Virus record (IMG/VR): IMGVR_UViG_3300045970_000794
Span: 62,001-126,000 of that record
Length of the DNA stretch: 64,000 bases
Reading direction: 5' to 3' (one strand)
Numbering within the stretch: the first letter of the stretch is position 1; every line of letters starts with the position of its first letter. Both the position numbers and the translations under genes were made by a program. The notes beneath the pieces are model-generated. The model ran no database searches and was not told the origin of the DNA. It saw only the letters and a list, made by a program, of their open reading frames with translations. Shown in pieces: positions 54,491-64,000 of this stretch.

Positions 54491-56338
54491 TTAATATGAA
54501 TTTATTGCATTACTCATAATTGTTATTGGAATAATTTCACTATAAGCTTCACTAGCGATAATATCACCAGTTAAATTTTCATAATTTTTAACATTTTTAA
54601 CTCTATAATATAAATCAGTACCAGCAACACCACTAATTGATATAGTACTACTATAAACTGATACACCAGCAATATATTCTGTTGTTGATGACGCTACTAG
54701 TGTTGTAAAAGTATTTCCAGTACTCACTTCTAATGTAAATTCACCATTAGCTAATTGTGGCTTTATCGCTACTTCCCAAGTTACTGTTAAGTTATTACTA
54801 TAAAGATTGTCAACAACATTTGTTTTTGGTAAATAATATAAATTAATTACATCAGTAACAATTATAGTTCCTTCAAGAATAAATCTTTTAGGGTTACTAA
54901 TTGATTGGTAATAATCAATATTTGGAGCTAAAATAACTCCATTTAATGTTATTATCACTTGATTATTAGTTCGTGGGGTTAATGATGTGTAAACTTCATT
55001 TTTACCAGTGGTTGTATTATAATAAACACTATTAGTTCCTTCACTACCAGTAGCACCGCTAGCAATTGGATTACGAATAATTATCAAATCATTATGTGTT
55101 GGTGCTGTTATATCACCAATTGAACCGATAATTGTAACAACATCAGTTTTTTTAACAGCATATGAGAACGTAATTGTATTACTACTAATTGAATAATCAA
55201 AATTTTTGGCTAAAACCAATCCATTCAATGCTATTATTGGTGAATCAATAAAATTAATATTATACGATAAATTGGTTTGGTCATCATATGATGGAAATAG
55301 TGTTATACCGTATAATCTACTACCAGCATTGTCAATTAAAGTACCTAAAAATGTTGGTGTCATTGCCGATGTTAAACCGATGAAATAATAATCTAATTCT
55401 TCATTATACAATGAATATAAGTTACCGTTAGAATATTGTGATGTATCGTATCTTTCACCCAATCTACCTAATATATCAGTACAATAATTACATATAAAAT
55501 TACCTTTTATTAAATAATCACCATCTAAATTTAATGTGGTTGATGATATCGTCATTGTAATGGAACTAGTTACACTAACGGCTGAATATGCATAGTCATC
55601 GCTAATATAAATCGCTGGTTTTTCGAATCCATTCAATTTAGGGTTATATTTGAAAATACTATATTTGAAAATCGTATCACTACTAGATTGAACATCGAAA
55701 GAATCCATATTACCTGTGAAAACTATTGATAAATCAACTGATGATTTTGTCGTTCCGAAAAAATAAACACCAGAGCTACCACTAGTCATATATGGGTAGT
55801 TTAATGAACATGCCGTTGTGCAAACACCACAAGTACCTGTAGTACAACCAGAATCATAATTAGCATCAACACATAATTCAAAATCAATAGAATTAATACC
55901 ATATGGTTTTGGTAAACTAATAATAGATGTGCCACTCAATGAATATGGGTACCCTAAACTAACCAATGATGATAATACCGATGTATTATAATTACTTTGT
56001 GTAAATGTATTAGCTGAAGATATACTAGTTAATATTTCACCACTATAAGCTAAATCATTGTTAGAATAAACTAAATTATTCCAAGTTAATCCACAAAAAC
56101 ATGTTGATAATGAATAAGCACTAAAACAAGTTGCTGATAATGTTGATTCCATAGCGGTATAACTAGTACCACTTAAATTACATGTTTCAATTGAAAATGG
56201 AATTTTAGTTGCACCAGAAATGTAGAATTCTGGAGCTGTGTAAATGCAAAAATCAGAGCTAGTATTAACATTATTTATAGCTTTGTTTCTAACATTACTT
56301 GATTGTGTTTCAGTATATATTGGTAATTGCTTTCTCAT
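54491..56338 (-). CDS. putative virion protein (Ser/Thr-rich)
   Basis: 615 aa in structural cluster; repeated LNGxxLA...DY motif. Confidence 0.55.
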   Translation of the reverse strand: MRKQLPIYTETQSSNVRNKAINNVNTSSDFCIYTAPEFYISGATKIPFSIETCNLSGTSYTAMESTLSATCFSAYSLSTCFCGLTWNNLVYSNNDLAYSGEILTSISSANTFTQSNYNTSVLSSLVSLGYPYSLSGTSIISLPKPYGINSIDFELCVDANYDSGCTTGTCGVCTTACSLNYPYMTSGSSGVYFFGTTKSSVDLSIVFTGNMDSFDVQSSSDTIFKYSIFKYNPKLNGFEKPAIYISDDYAYSAVSVTSSITMTISSTTLNLDGDYLIKGNFICNYCTDILGRLGERYDTSQYSNGNLYSLYNEELDYYFIGLTSAMTPTFLGTLIDNAGSRLYGITLFPSYDDQTNLSYNINFIDSPIIALNGLVLAKNFDYSISSNTITFSYAVKKTDVVTIIGSIGDITAPTHNDLIIIRNPIASGATGSEGTNSVYYNTTTGKNEVYTSLTPRTNNQVIITLNGVILAPNIDYYQSISNPKRFILEGTIIVTDVINLYYLPKTNVVDNLYSNNLTVTWEVAIKPQLANGEFTLEVSTGNTFTTLVASSTTEYIAGVSVYSSTISISGVAGTDLYYRVKNVKNYENLTGDIIASEAYSEIIPITIMSNAINSY

Positions 56339-56344
56339 TATCTA

Positions 56345-56629
56345 TTATGCATATGAAATTGTTAATTCTGTATATTTTGATTTTGCATTATAACCATTTA
56401 ATGATAATACTGGGTGATTACCATCATCTGGGATTCTATAAGCATCTAAACCATCAATAAATAACTCAGTTACAGATTTTGCAAATAGAAAATTTTGAAG
56501 TATAGCTTTTAACCCTTGAACTTCGATATAATCTTCTAAGTCCAACTCAGATAAAATTCCCATAATTTTAATCGTACCTTGGTAGTCATAAATTACTTCA
56601 CCTTGTATTTCTTTAATTAATATTGGCAT
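56345..56629 (-). CDS. hypothetical protein
   Basis: 94 aa after TATTTATA motif. Confidence 0.5.
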   Translation of the reverse strand: MPILIKEIQGEVIYDYQGTIKIMGILSELDLEDYIEVQGLKAILQNFLFAKSVTELFIDGLDAYRIPDDGNHPVLSLNGYNAKSKYTELTISYA

Positions 56630-56679
56630 ACCTATAAATAGTTTATTATTTAAAATTTATTTTATTCTTGTACCAGTTG

Positions 56680-59600
56680 CTATGACACCAATTGAATTGG
56701 TTTAGTTTTGACTGGTAATGCATTGCTTGGTATTGTTTCACTAACGATAATCATATCCTTATTAACTACAGAATCAGATGGATTTACACCAGATTTCATA
56801 ATTGTAACAGTACCATAAAATTCGGACCCATCATCAACTTGTTTAATATAAACACCACTACAGGTATCAGCTTGTACTTCAGTTACAATACAATTAGCTG
56901 TAAAACTTTGTACTTCACCATATTCAACATCAACATTATAATCATATGACATTCGTTCAGAACAATTAGTACAATTAGATGATGCTGTTATAATTATTTC
57001 ATCAAGTAATGCATTTACTTCATTATAAGCTGAGATATATTCATTTAATAAGTCGGTAACATCCTCATAATTTAAATAAGCATTTATTAATAATGTTATA
57101 TAATCACTAAAATTAGTATTAGCAATCACAGCAAGGGGTCTCAATTTACGTACTTTCACAGTACAATCACGTGATAATGTTCTTAACGTTACATTATACC
57201 AAGTATTAATCAAACATGATAAATAAGTATTTCTAACATTCATATAATAAGCAAAAAAATCATTAATATCATCACAGGATGTATAACCATTTGTCATAAT
57301 ATCAACGAATGTTTCATGTGCTAATGTAAAACTAGCTAAATATCTATCACAATCAGTTGGTCCTTCTGGTAAACAATAAAATAATGTACTTCGTTTGTAT
57401 TTAAACTTTGGTTGGTCAAACATAGTATTTCTATAAACATATGTTGAACCCCATATTGTTGTTGCTGGAACGACTTGTTCAATAATATCAACCCAATATG
57501 TACCAATTAAATCTACAAATCTAGTTAACATACAATAATTGTATGACCTACTATCCGCTGTACATCCAACTGATGATGGATTATTGTAACTATCGTAAAT
57601 ATACCTTAATGTTGGATATGCACTTAATACTTTTCTACTCTTAACATCAATCAATTCAGTTTGTATTACCGAAATAAATTCTTGCGTATTAGTAATACTA
57701 GACATATCAGTATCTAATAAATCGCCAATCGTTGAATGTGTACACCCACTAGGTTCATATGTGTAAATTAATTTACTTAAATTAATGCAACTTAATATTC
57801 CATCCTCATATGGTGTATTGGTTAATCTAAAATATAAATAATCGTAATTAGTATCACCAGTTAAACTAGATAATAGTACTGTATAACTAGTAAGTCCAGT
57901 CGTATTAGTGTTAACAATCAACACTGGTGTTGATGCAGTACCAATTTGAACATTAAGTTCTGTTTGTGAATCACCAGACCAAGTTCCTAAATTAAAACTA
58001 AGTAAATAATCACTACCAGCAGTTATTCCAGTTATTTGTTGATACATGTATTCACTATTACCAGATGATGTCATGTGAACCGTATTAGTTGGGGCCCACC
58101 AAAAATCTGGTTGTGAACCTAAATTATAAAATGAGCTTGTCCATCCACTTAATTCTAGTGTTATCGCATCATATTCAAAAAAATCATAATTATTTACTAC
58201 TTGAGCAATAATTGTATGTGTTAATGATTCTGGTGTGTAATTACTACAAATTTGATTTGATAAAATACAATCATTATTTTGTAAAAAATCAAATACATTA
58301 CATTCAATTGCTGATGCCGAATCTAAATTAATATCAACTTCTTTTGTATTAACAATTAATTTAGAGTGATTAGTACTATAATTAGTATCTCTTAAAGTTA
58401 GATTATACTCTCTAATATGTGGTGATGCATCATACACCCAAGATTTTTTATTATCGATTTCACGATTTAATTCAAAACCTGGTGATGTATTAACAACAAT
58501 ATCAGCTTTTTCAACCTTAGTACAGACTTTATTTATTTTAATATTATCTAATAACAAAGAAAAATCGCATGTACATCCATTAATTTGGATTCCTAGTTTA
58601 ATTCTTTGGTTTTCAATTAAACTTAATATATCTGGTTGGCTTATTACGTATGAATAATGAACCCAACTAGAATTAAATGTATCACCACTAATAATCCCGC
58701 AGTTTTCACCTAAACCGTCCATTACACAATTAATTGTTGAAGTGCAATCACCAGTAAATAAAAATCCAGTATTTGTATTATTAGTAAAATAAGTAACAAA
58801 ATCAGGTGTTATCTCAAAAAATCTTTTAGAATAAACAGTTTCTAACCTTGTCGGATTTTGATAATATATCGGCGGTGTACTAGTTACCCCAGTAATAACT
58901 TCAAGAGTCGTATCTAATGTAATATTATTTAATACTGATATAACATCACAACCATATACGGTTGTTAGTGGTATACATGTAGTCAAAGTATTAATTAAAT
59001 TAGTTAAACTAGTGTTAACTAAAGCTATTTGTGCTTGATATGTATAAACATCAATTTTAACATTAGGGTTTGGTGGTGATATTAAATTAATCATTTCAAT
59101 TAATACATTTACATCAGCAATTGCTATATTTAATGCACCTTGAATTAATTTAATACATTCATCACTAAGACCAGTGGTTGAATAGGTAGAATTAAATGAG
59201 TTTAACCATGAATTCCAACAATTGATGAATGCTGTGTAATTATTTGAATAACCAGTGTATACATTATCCAAATTTTGACTTAAATTAGTCGCTTTACCTG
59301 TTTGTGTAGTGCCGCTATCATAAATATTACTCAATTCAGCATACATCTCGAGATATTGACCTTGTGAGATGGCCAATGCACTTAATAGTGTTCTGCAATT
59401 CATTAACTCTGATGCTAAAATGTTTGATGATGTTTCTGTTTTAGCACATTCCATTAATGTATCACAATCAAATAGGATAATATAATCAAAACTAACTTCT
59501 AAATAACATGTTTCATTTGAATCAACATCAAATAAAGCACCATCATTCTCTTCTGGTGATAAAATTAATTTATATTGTCCGTTTAAATCACATGCTGAAC

Positions 59601-59901
59601 CCCAACGGCATTGATTTGTTGTTGCATCCCAAGTGATATTTAAATTAGTATTAGATGGAAGTGGTAATAAACCAGAAGCATAAGCATTACAGCACTCAGC
59701 AACTAATCTAGTACCAGGTGATATTGGTGTATTACCGTATTGTCCAGTTGGTAATTCACTAGCAGTTAACCCATAAATAGTACCATTGGTATTTAATATA
59801 ATACCAAGAAATGGATTACCATTGGCACTACCATCATCAGTACAAAAATGATAGTCATAATTAGGGTTATTAGTATCTGGATTTAATATTTTCATTGTCA
59901 A
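56680..59901 (-). CDS. large putative virion protein
   Basis: 1073 aa, Cys/Thr-rich, in structural cluster. Confidence 0.6.
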   Translation of the reverse strand: MTMKILNPDTNNPNYDYHFCTDDGSANGNPFLGIILNTNGTIYGLTASELPTGQYGNTPISPGTRLVAECCNAYASGLLPLPSNTNLNITWDATTNQCRWGSACDLNGQYKLILSPEENDGALFDVDSNETCYLEVSFDYIILFDCDTLMECAKTETSSNILASELMNCRTLLSALAISQGQYLEMYAELSNIYDSGTTQTGKATNLSQNLDNVYTGYSNNYTAFINCWNSWLNSFNSTYSTTGLSDECIKLIQGALNIAIADVNVLIEMINLISPPNPNVKIDVYTYQAQIALVNTSLTNLINTLTTCIPLTTVYGCDVISVLNNITLDTTLEVITGVTSTPPIYYQNPTRLETVYSKRFFEITPDFVTYFTNNTNTGFLFTGDCTSTINCVMDGLGENCGIISGDTFNSSWVHYSYVISQPDILSLIENQRIKLGIQINGCTCDFSLLLDNIKINKVCTKVEKADIVVNTSPGFELNREIDNKKSWVYDASPHIREYNLTLRDTNYSTNHSKLIVNTKEVDINLDSASAIECNVFDFLQNNDCILSNQICSNYTPESLTHTIIAQVVNNYDFFEYDAITLELSGWTSSFYNLGSQPDFWWAPTNTVHMTSSGNSEYMYQQITGITAGSDYLLSFNLGTWSGDSQTELNVQIGTASTPVLIVNTNTTGLTSYTVLLSSLTGDTNYDYLYFRLTNTPYEDGILSCINLSKLIYTYEPSGCTHSTIGDLLDTDMSSITNTQEFISVIQTELIDVKSRKVLSAYPTLRYIYDSYNNPSSVGCTADSRSYNYCMLTRFVDLIGTYWVDIIEQVVPATTIWGSTYVYRNTMFDQPKFKYKRSTLFYCLPEGPTDCDRYLASFTLAHETFVDIMTNGYTSCDDINDFFAYYMNVRNTYLSCLINTWYNVTLRTLSRDCTVKVRKLRPLAVIANTNFSDYITLLINAYLNYEDVTDLLNEYISAYNEVNALLDEIIITASSNCTNCSERMSYDYNVDVEYGEVQSFTANCIVTEVQADTCSGVYIKQVDDGSEFYGTVTIMKSGVNPSDSVVNKDMIIVSETIPSNALPVKTKPIQLVS

Positions 59902-59906
59902 TTATT

Positions 59907-62660
59907 TTAAATTATAGCCGCATTACGAGGATTGTGAGTTATTTTAACATTACCACATACATTAACTTTTAATTGGTTATCATATGGGTCAGTCGTGGTA
60001 AATACACTACCACCCAATGCTATACAACATTCAAGTGGTATATTATCCATATTATACGTTTCATTAATTGTATCTGGATTGAATATGTAAAAATTATGAA
60101 TAAAATCATAAGTATACGTTAGTTTTCCACATGGACCACTTGGTGGTATAGTGATTTGACATACATTACCAGTTTCAAGTGATACGACAACACCTCCATG
60201 TATTCTACAACATTCAGCTCCATTAACACCAGTCACTTGAGCTAATGATGTTATTGATGTGATATCATTACCATTAATATTAAAATGAAGGATACCATTA
60301 GCATCAACGGTGATATGGTCTTTTAAATCTTCACAATTGATAACTTGTGGCTCTGCAATTGTATTTGGGGAGCATTTGAAATCAATTTTCAATGCATCAT
60401 CACTAGTTGCCAATACACAACCACATTCAGTTAATTTATCAACTGCAAACGGACTATCAATTATTGATGTTGATACTGTAATACACGTGCTAGTATTATT
60501 ATTACCATCAACAACTTCAGTATAAATTGGTGTATTAGTAGGGTCAGCTAAATCATTAAATGTCCCACTATTGTAATTAACAAATATGTTAGTAGTACCA
60601 GTAGTGATAATTTCATTAAGTATTGTTGTAGCTGTAAAATCTGGTATTAGATTTGTAAAATTAGAAATATACGCATAACCTCTATCATATGGGCCAACGT
60701 GTGGGTTATTACCGTGTAAAATATCAACAATAGCATTAGCACCACCAGTTTCTCTATACCATAAACCACCTTTTTGGAAATACATACTACTAGTATTCCT
60801 CAATGTTTTAGGGTAACCGAATTGGTCTAACCACATTTGATTTAATATGGTTGCATCTTCTGGTAATATGTTATTTGTGGTCATCAAATCTCTGAATTTT
60901 AAAACTTGAGTCATTGATGATGGATTGTATTCATATAAATTACTACTAAATGTACTTACGGTTAAATTAACCCCAGATAATGCTGCTGTCGATAAGAATG
61001 AATTAATATTAAGTCCAACTATTGGAATATAATGATATTCAACAGATTCTTCCCATGTCATTTTAAATACGTAAGTTCCATCTAAATCAAAATTAGTTAA
61101 ACCTTCAGCATTTAAAATCCTCAAGAATAAATCAATATTTATTGGTTTTTCAGCATTATAAACGTATTCATTAAATGTTATTAAACCATTTGGCGTTCCA
61201 ATTATTTTGAACAAAAATTCAATAGTTTTTCTAGTACCCTTAGATTTCCAAATCCATGGACTATTAATGATTAATCGTCTCCAAAACTCCATTTCAGACT
61301 CAATAGGTGTTAATCCAACGGTTTGACCCGAATATGTACTAGTGTTAGCTGTTAAATATGAAGCTAAAATATCATTATCAACAATTGATTGTGCTAATTC
61401 CCAGCCAAGGGTATTCGCCACAAGCTTTATAATGCCATCTGGTGCATTATCTTTCTTATCATAAGAAAAACTATGTGCGAATGATAAGCCATCGGTAAAA
61501 CGCTTTATTTCGTCAAATTCACGACCATATATTTTAAGTGTCTTAGCGATTTTTTGGTCATCATTACCAGTTGTTGATGTTTCATTAGAACCATTATCAA
61601 TTGATACAGTATCAAATGTAGTAATTGATTCACTAACGAAGAACCTACTAACTAAATTAGTTTCAACAGCATCAGAGCCATCAGCAATGTCAAGTAATGT
61701 TTCAACGTAATCCAAATAATATGTTGTATCATAATCTAAATTGTAACCATCTTGTGTTGGCCATGTGGCTGTTTTAATTTGACTTAAAACAACACCAGTA
61801 TCAGACTTAGATTTAAAACTAAACGTAATTGTATATTGTGGTATTACCAATCTATTCAATAATTGACTCTTGAAATCATCTAATGAGTTAAAGAATTCTT
61901 CTCGTTTCAATTTATTTGGTAGTATATGGTAGTTATCACCATAAGTACCAGTACTAATTGCACTTGGGAATGGATTACCATTAACTTTTAAATAAACATA
62001 ATAATCTGATAGACCACTATAACTCAATATTTCACATTCCAATGTCTCACCAGAAACTGAATAATCAATATAATTTTCAGTGAAGTTACGTAAATCGAAT
62101 AAATCAGTATGTAATGGTGTGATAAATCCACTATTAGTATAATTTATATCAAATTTATTTACAATATTGTTTATTGGAATTTTAAATGTTGAGAAATTAT
62201 TAAGTGTATCATATGCATAATCTTGTACTGTATTACCAGTATATCCTTGATAATATCTATAAACGTATAATGATGCTGGCCATTCGGTTAATGTTTCCTC
62301 TAATGCTACTCTAATGAACTCTCTAAATGAACCAAAGAAAGCATAATTAGTTAATTTTGTTTTATCTAAATTAAGTTTTAATTCTGTAGTACTAGGTAAT
62401 ATAGAGATTGATTGATTTGTAGTTACATTTAAATCATTTAAACTATAAAAACTAGAAAACATTCTAGTATTGAATAGTTTAGAAATTCTAGGGTCAACAT
62501 TTTCTGTAATCGTAAAATTACCGATAGTAAATAGAGCATCGCCACCTCCCTCGGTGAATTGCTGACCCACTAATGAGTCGCTAAAATTACGATATTCTAT
62601 TCCTCCATCGTAGAATACTCTTTGAGCGTATCCAACTACTTTAACTCTACCAGTTCCCAT
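59907..62660 (-). CDS. baseplate-wedge-like virion protein
   Basis: WRRLIINSPWIWKSKGTRKTIEFLF motif typical of phage baseplate wedge proteins. Confidence 0.6.
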   Translation of the reverse strand: MGTGRVKVVGYAQRVFYDGGIEYRNFSDSLVGQQFTEGGGDALFTIGNFTITENVDPRISKLFNTRMFSSFYSLNDLNVTTNQSISILPSTTELKLNLDKTKLTNYAFFGSFREFIRVALEETLTEWPASLYVYRYYQGYTGNTVQDYAYDTLNNFSTFKIPINNIVNKFDINYTNSGFITPLHTDLFDLRNFTENYIDYSVSGETLECEILSYSGLSDYYVYLKVNGNPFPSAISTGTYGDNYHILPNKLKREEFFNSLDDFKSQLLNRLVIPQYTITFSFKSKSDTGVVLSQIKTATWPTQDGYNLDYDTTYYLDYVETLLDIADGSDAVETNLVSRFFVSESITTFDTVSIDNGSNETSTTGNDDQKIAKTLKIYGREFDEIKRFTDGLSFAHSFSYDKKDNAPDGIIKLVANTLGWELAQSIVDNDILASYLTANTSTYSGQTVGLTPIESEMEFWRRLIINSPWIWKSKGTRKTIEFLFKIIGTPNGLITFNEYVYNAEKPINIDLFLRILNAEGLTNFDLDGTYVFKMTWEESVEYHYIPIVGLNINSFLSTAALSGVNLTVSTFSSNLYEYNPSSMTQVLKFRDLMTTNNILPEDATILNQMWLDQFGYPKTLRNTSSMYFQKGGLWYRETGGANAIVDILHGNNPHVGPYDRGYAYISNFTNLIPDFTATTILNEIITTGTTNIFVNYNSGTFNDLADPTNTPIYTEVVDGNNNTSTCITVSTSIIDSPFAVDKLTECGCVLATSDDALKIDFKCSPNTIAEPQVINCEDLKDHITVDANGILHFNINGNDITSITSLAQVTGVNGAECCRIHGGVVVSLETGNVCQITIPPSGPCGKLTYTYDFIHNFYIFNPDTINETYNMDNIPLECCIALGGSVFTTTDPYDNQLKVNVCGNVKITHNPRNAAII

Positions 62661-62665
62661 ATTAA

Positions 62666-63571
62666 TTATACATTAGTAATATCATTAAATTGTTTAGTGA
62701 AATCAATAGAAGTTCTTTCTTCTCTAACCTCAAACAATGGTTTACCATTGAATTGTTCTTTGATTTCATATAAATTGTATTGTTTATAGATTTGACCTTC
62801 GAAATTGTAAATAGTGTAAACACCATCTTCAAGTGATTTGGTTTGATTAGCTAATAACGCATATGCTAATGTTTCAATATCATGGTCAACTAATTCAATT
62901 TCCAACATTATTGGATTGAAGAATGTATTAGTGATAATTACACTCTGACCAGCGGTTCCAATATATGGGGTCGCATTTGGTCTTACACTTGGTGATGATG
63001 ATGGTGAAACAGTACAAAACGTTAAAGTTCCATTATCATTAAATGAATATCTAGTACTAGAAATATTAGTATTTGATTGGTCGGCATTCACAGCCTCAAC
63101 TTTATTATTAGAAGTTACAATTCTAAAAAAATTATTAATTTTAACATCATCTGAATTAGCTGTTGAAAGATATTCAATACGATACCCAATTAATCCATTA
63201 TTAATAAATCGATTAACAAATTTCTGGTCAATTGTATTAATATCAAATACAATACCTTTATTATCTGGTAAATTACTTAATACACCACAATCAACAATAG
63301 TAGTTCTGATTTCAATCGGTTTTATTATTATGGTATAAATTCCTTTAAGGTTGAAATTAGCTGTTGGCAATTTCAATGTATATAAACCGCCAAATAATTC
63401 AACACTTGTATTATTTGGATTAGTAGTTTTAACTAATAAATCCTCACCATTGTATTTAGTTAGAACATTATCACCACTTTGACTTCTACTTGGTGTGAAG
63501 TGAACAAATATTTCAGCATCACTTGGTTGAATGTCGGCGGGTCTTACTGTCCCGTATGCGCCAGTTGCCAT
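62666..63571 (-). CDS. putative virion protein
   Basis: 301 aa in structural cluster. Confidence 0.55.
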   Translation of the reverse strand: MATGAYGTVRPADIQPSDAEIFVHFTPSRSQSGDNVLTKYNGEDLLVKTTNPNNTSVELFGGLYTLKLPTANFNLKGIYTIIIKPIEIRTTIVDCGVLSNLPDNKGIVFDINTIDQKFVNRFINNGLIGYRIEYLSTANSDDVKINNFFRIVTSNNKVEAVNADQSNTNISSTRYSFNDNGTLTFCTVSPSSSPSVRPNATPYIGTAGQSVIITNTFFNPIMLEIELVDHDIETLAYALLANQTKSLEDGVYTIYNFEGQIYKQYNLYEIKEQFNGKPLFEVREERTSIDFTKQFNDITNV

Positions 63572-63574
63572 ATT

Positions 63575-64000
63575 TTATAAATTATTTTTTACTACGTTAT
63601 AATATCCATTACCATATCGAACTAAATGTTCAACACTTTCAATTTCTGATAATCTTAGATGATTTTCAAGCGCACTCGTCACACCTCTATCTATAAATAC
63701 ATCAGTTTGAACTTCTGGTGAAGAAACTATTCCTAAATATATTTCTTCTTTTACAACCGCTGATAGTGTTGTATTACCTGAGTTCCAACCCTCACCAATA
63801 TATGAAATTGTTGTATTAACTTCTTCTGGCACATCAAAATCTAAACTATTCCTTAAATTAATTAAATTAGGGAAATAATTAATTATTTTATTATCACCGC
63901 TTAATGGATATGTTGTGTATTTAAACCCAGTTGTTTGATTTGGGGTTCCTATATTAGCATCAAAATTTGCTTTATTCACATATGTAATTGCAGATTGTGA
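63575..64000 (-). CDS. putative virion protein, C-terminal part (runs off window end)
   Basis: Frame open from 64000 (SQSAITYVNKAN...) to 63575. Confidence 0.55.
   Translation of the reverse strand, partial: SQSAITYVNKANFDANIGTPNQTTGFKYTTYPLSGDNKIINYFPNLINLRNSLDFDVPEEVNTTISYIGEGWNSGNTTLSAVVKEEIYLGIVSSPEVQTDVFIDRGVTSALENHLRLSEIESVEHLVRYGNGYYNVVKNNL

Noticed and set aside
33315-60525. Numerous plus-strand ORFs antisense to long genes (e.g. 33315-33632, 35660-36025, 41611-42036, 43651-44181)
   Set aside because: Shadow frames of minus-strand genes with no motifs or initiation context
1-64000. Genome-wide TAG reassignment (Lak/crAss-like recoding)
   Set aside because: Long genes are intact in the standard code, and TAG is a normal stop for several ORFs (ending at 20353, 26967, 42907). 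In-frame TAGs occur only at specific regulatory-looking sites.
1-64000. CRISPR array, rRNA, integrase or IS element
   Set aside because: No equal-length repeat-spacer series, rRNA signature or transposase/integrase motif seen

Overview
This is a 64-kb, very AT-rich segment of a large (jumbo-type) tailed phage genome, coded almost entirely on the minus strand. TTTG...TAnnTTTG promoters, a Bacteroidota-type sigma70, bS21, an Hc1-like protein and lipoproteins point to a Bacteroidota host. No rRNA, CRISPR array or integrase was seen. The left third (1-26 kb) is a translation and RNA-repair module: RNA ligase, CCA-adding enzyme, Pth2-like hydrolase, class I release factor, tmRNA, bS21, ClpP, DnaJ, an HAD RNA-repair protein, a split TROVE/vWA (DUF2828-like) protein, two tRNA/ncRNA operons and many free-standing homing endonucleases. 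The middle carries small accessory genes, lysis genes and putative head-packaged proteins. Replication/recombination genes (sigma factor, SbcCD, primase, RuvC) and large virion/baseplate-like genes follow. Most striking observations: (1) a leader-peptide/terminator attenuator heading the first tRNA operon, whose first 20 codons nearly all specify the amino acids of the downstream tRNAs; (2) a UAG-centred circuit made of a release factor gene needing a +1 frameshift at CTT-TAG-C, an amber-suppressor tRNA, and a Pth gene and a leader ORF with in-frame TAG-ATT; (3) four tRNAs with a rearranged topology (no 5' D-arm, D-loop sequence moved 3' of the anticodon arm, supported by covariation); (4) a family of anticodon-less tRNA mimics and a family of stem-'GCAA' small RNAs sharing a promoter type with the TROVE-like gene; (5) homing endonuclease cassettes accompanied by recoded replacement copies of the sequence they disrupt. 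All annotation is by eye; no searches or folding programs were run.
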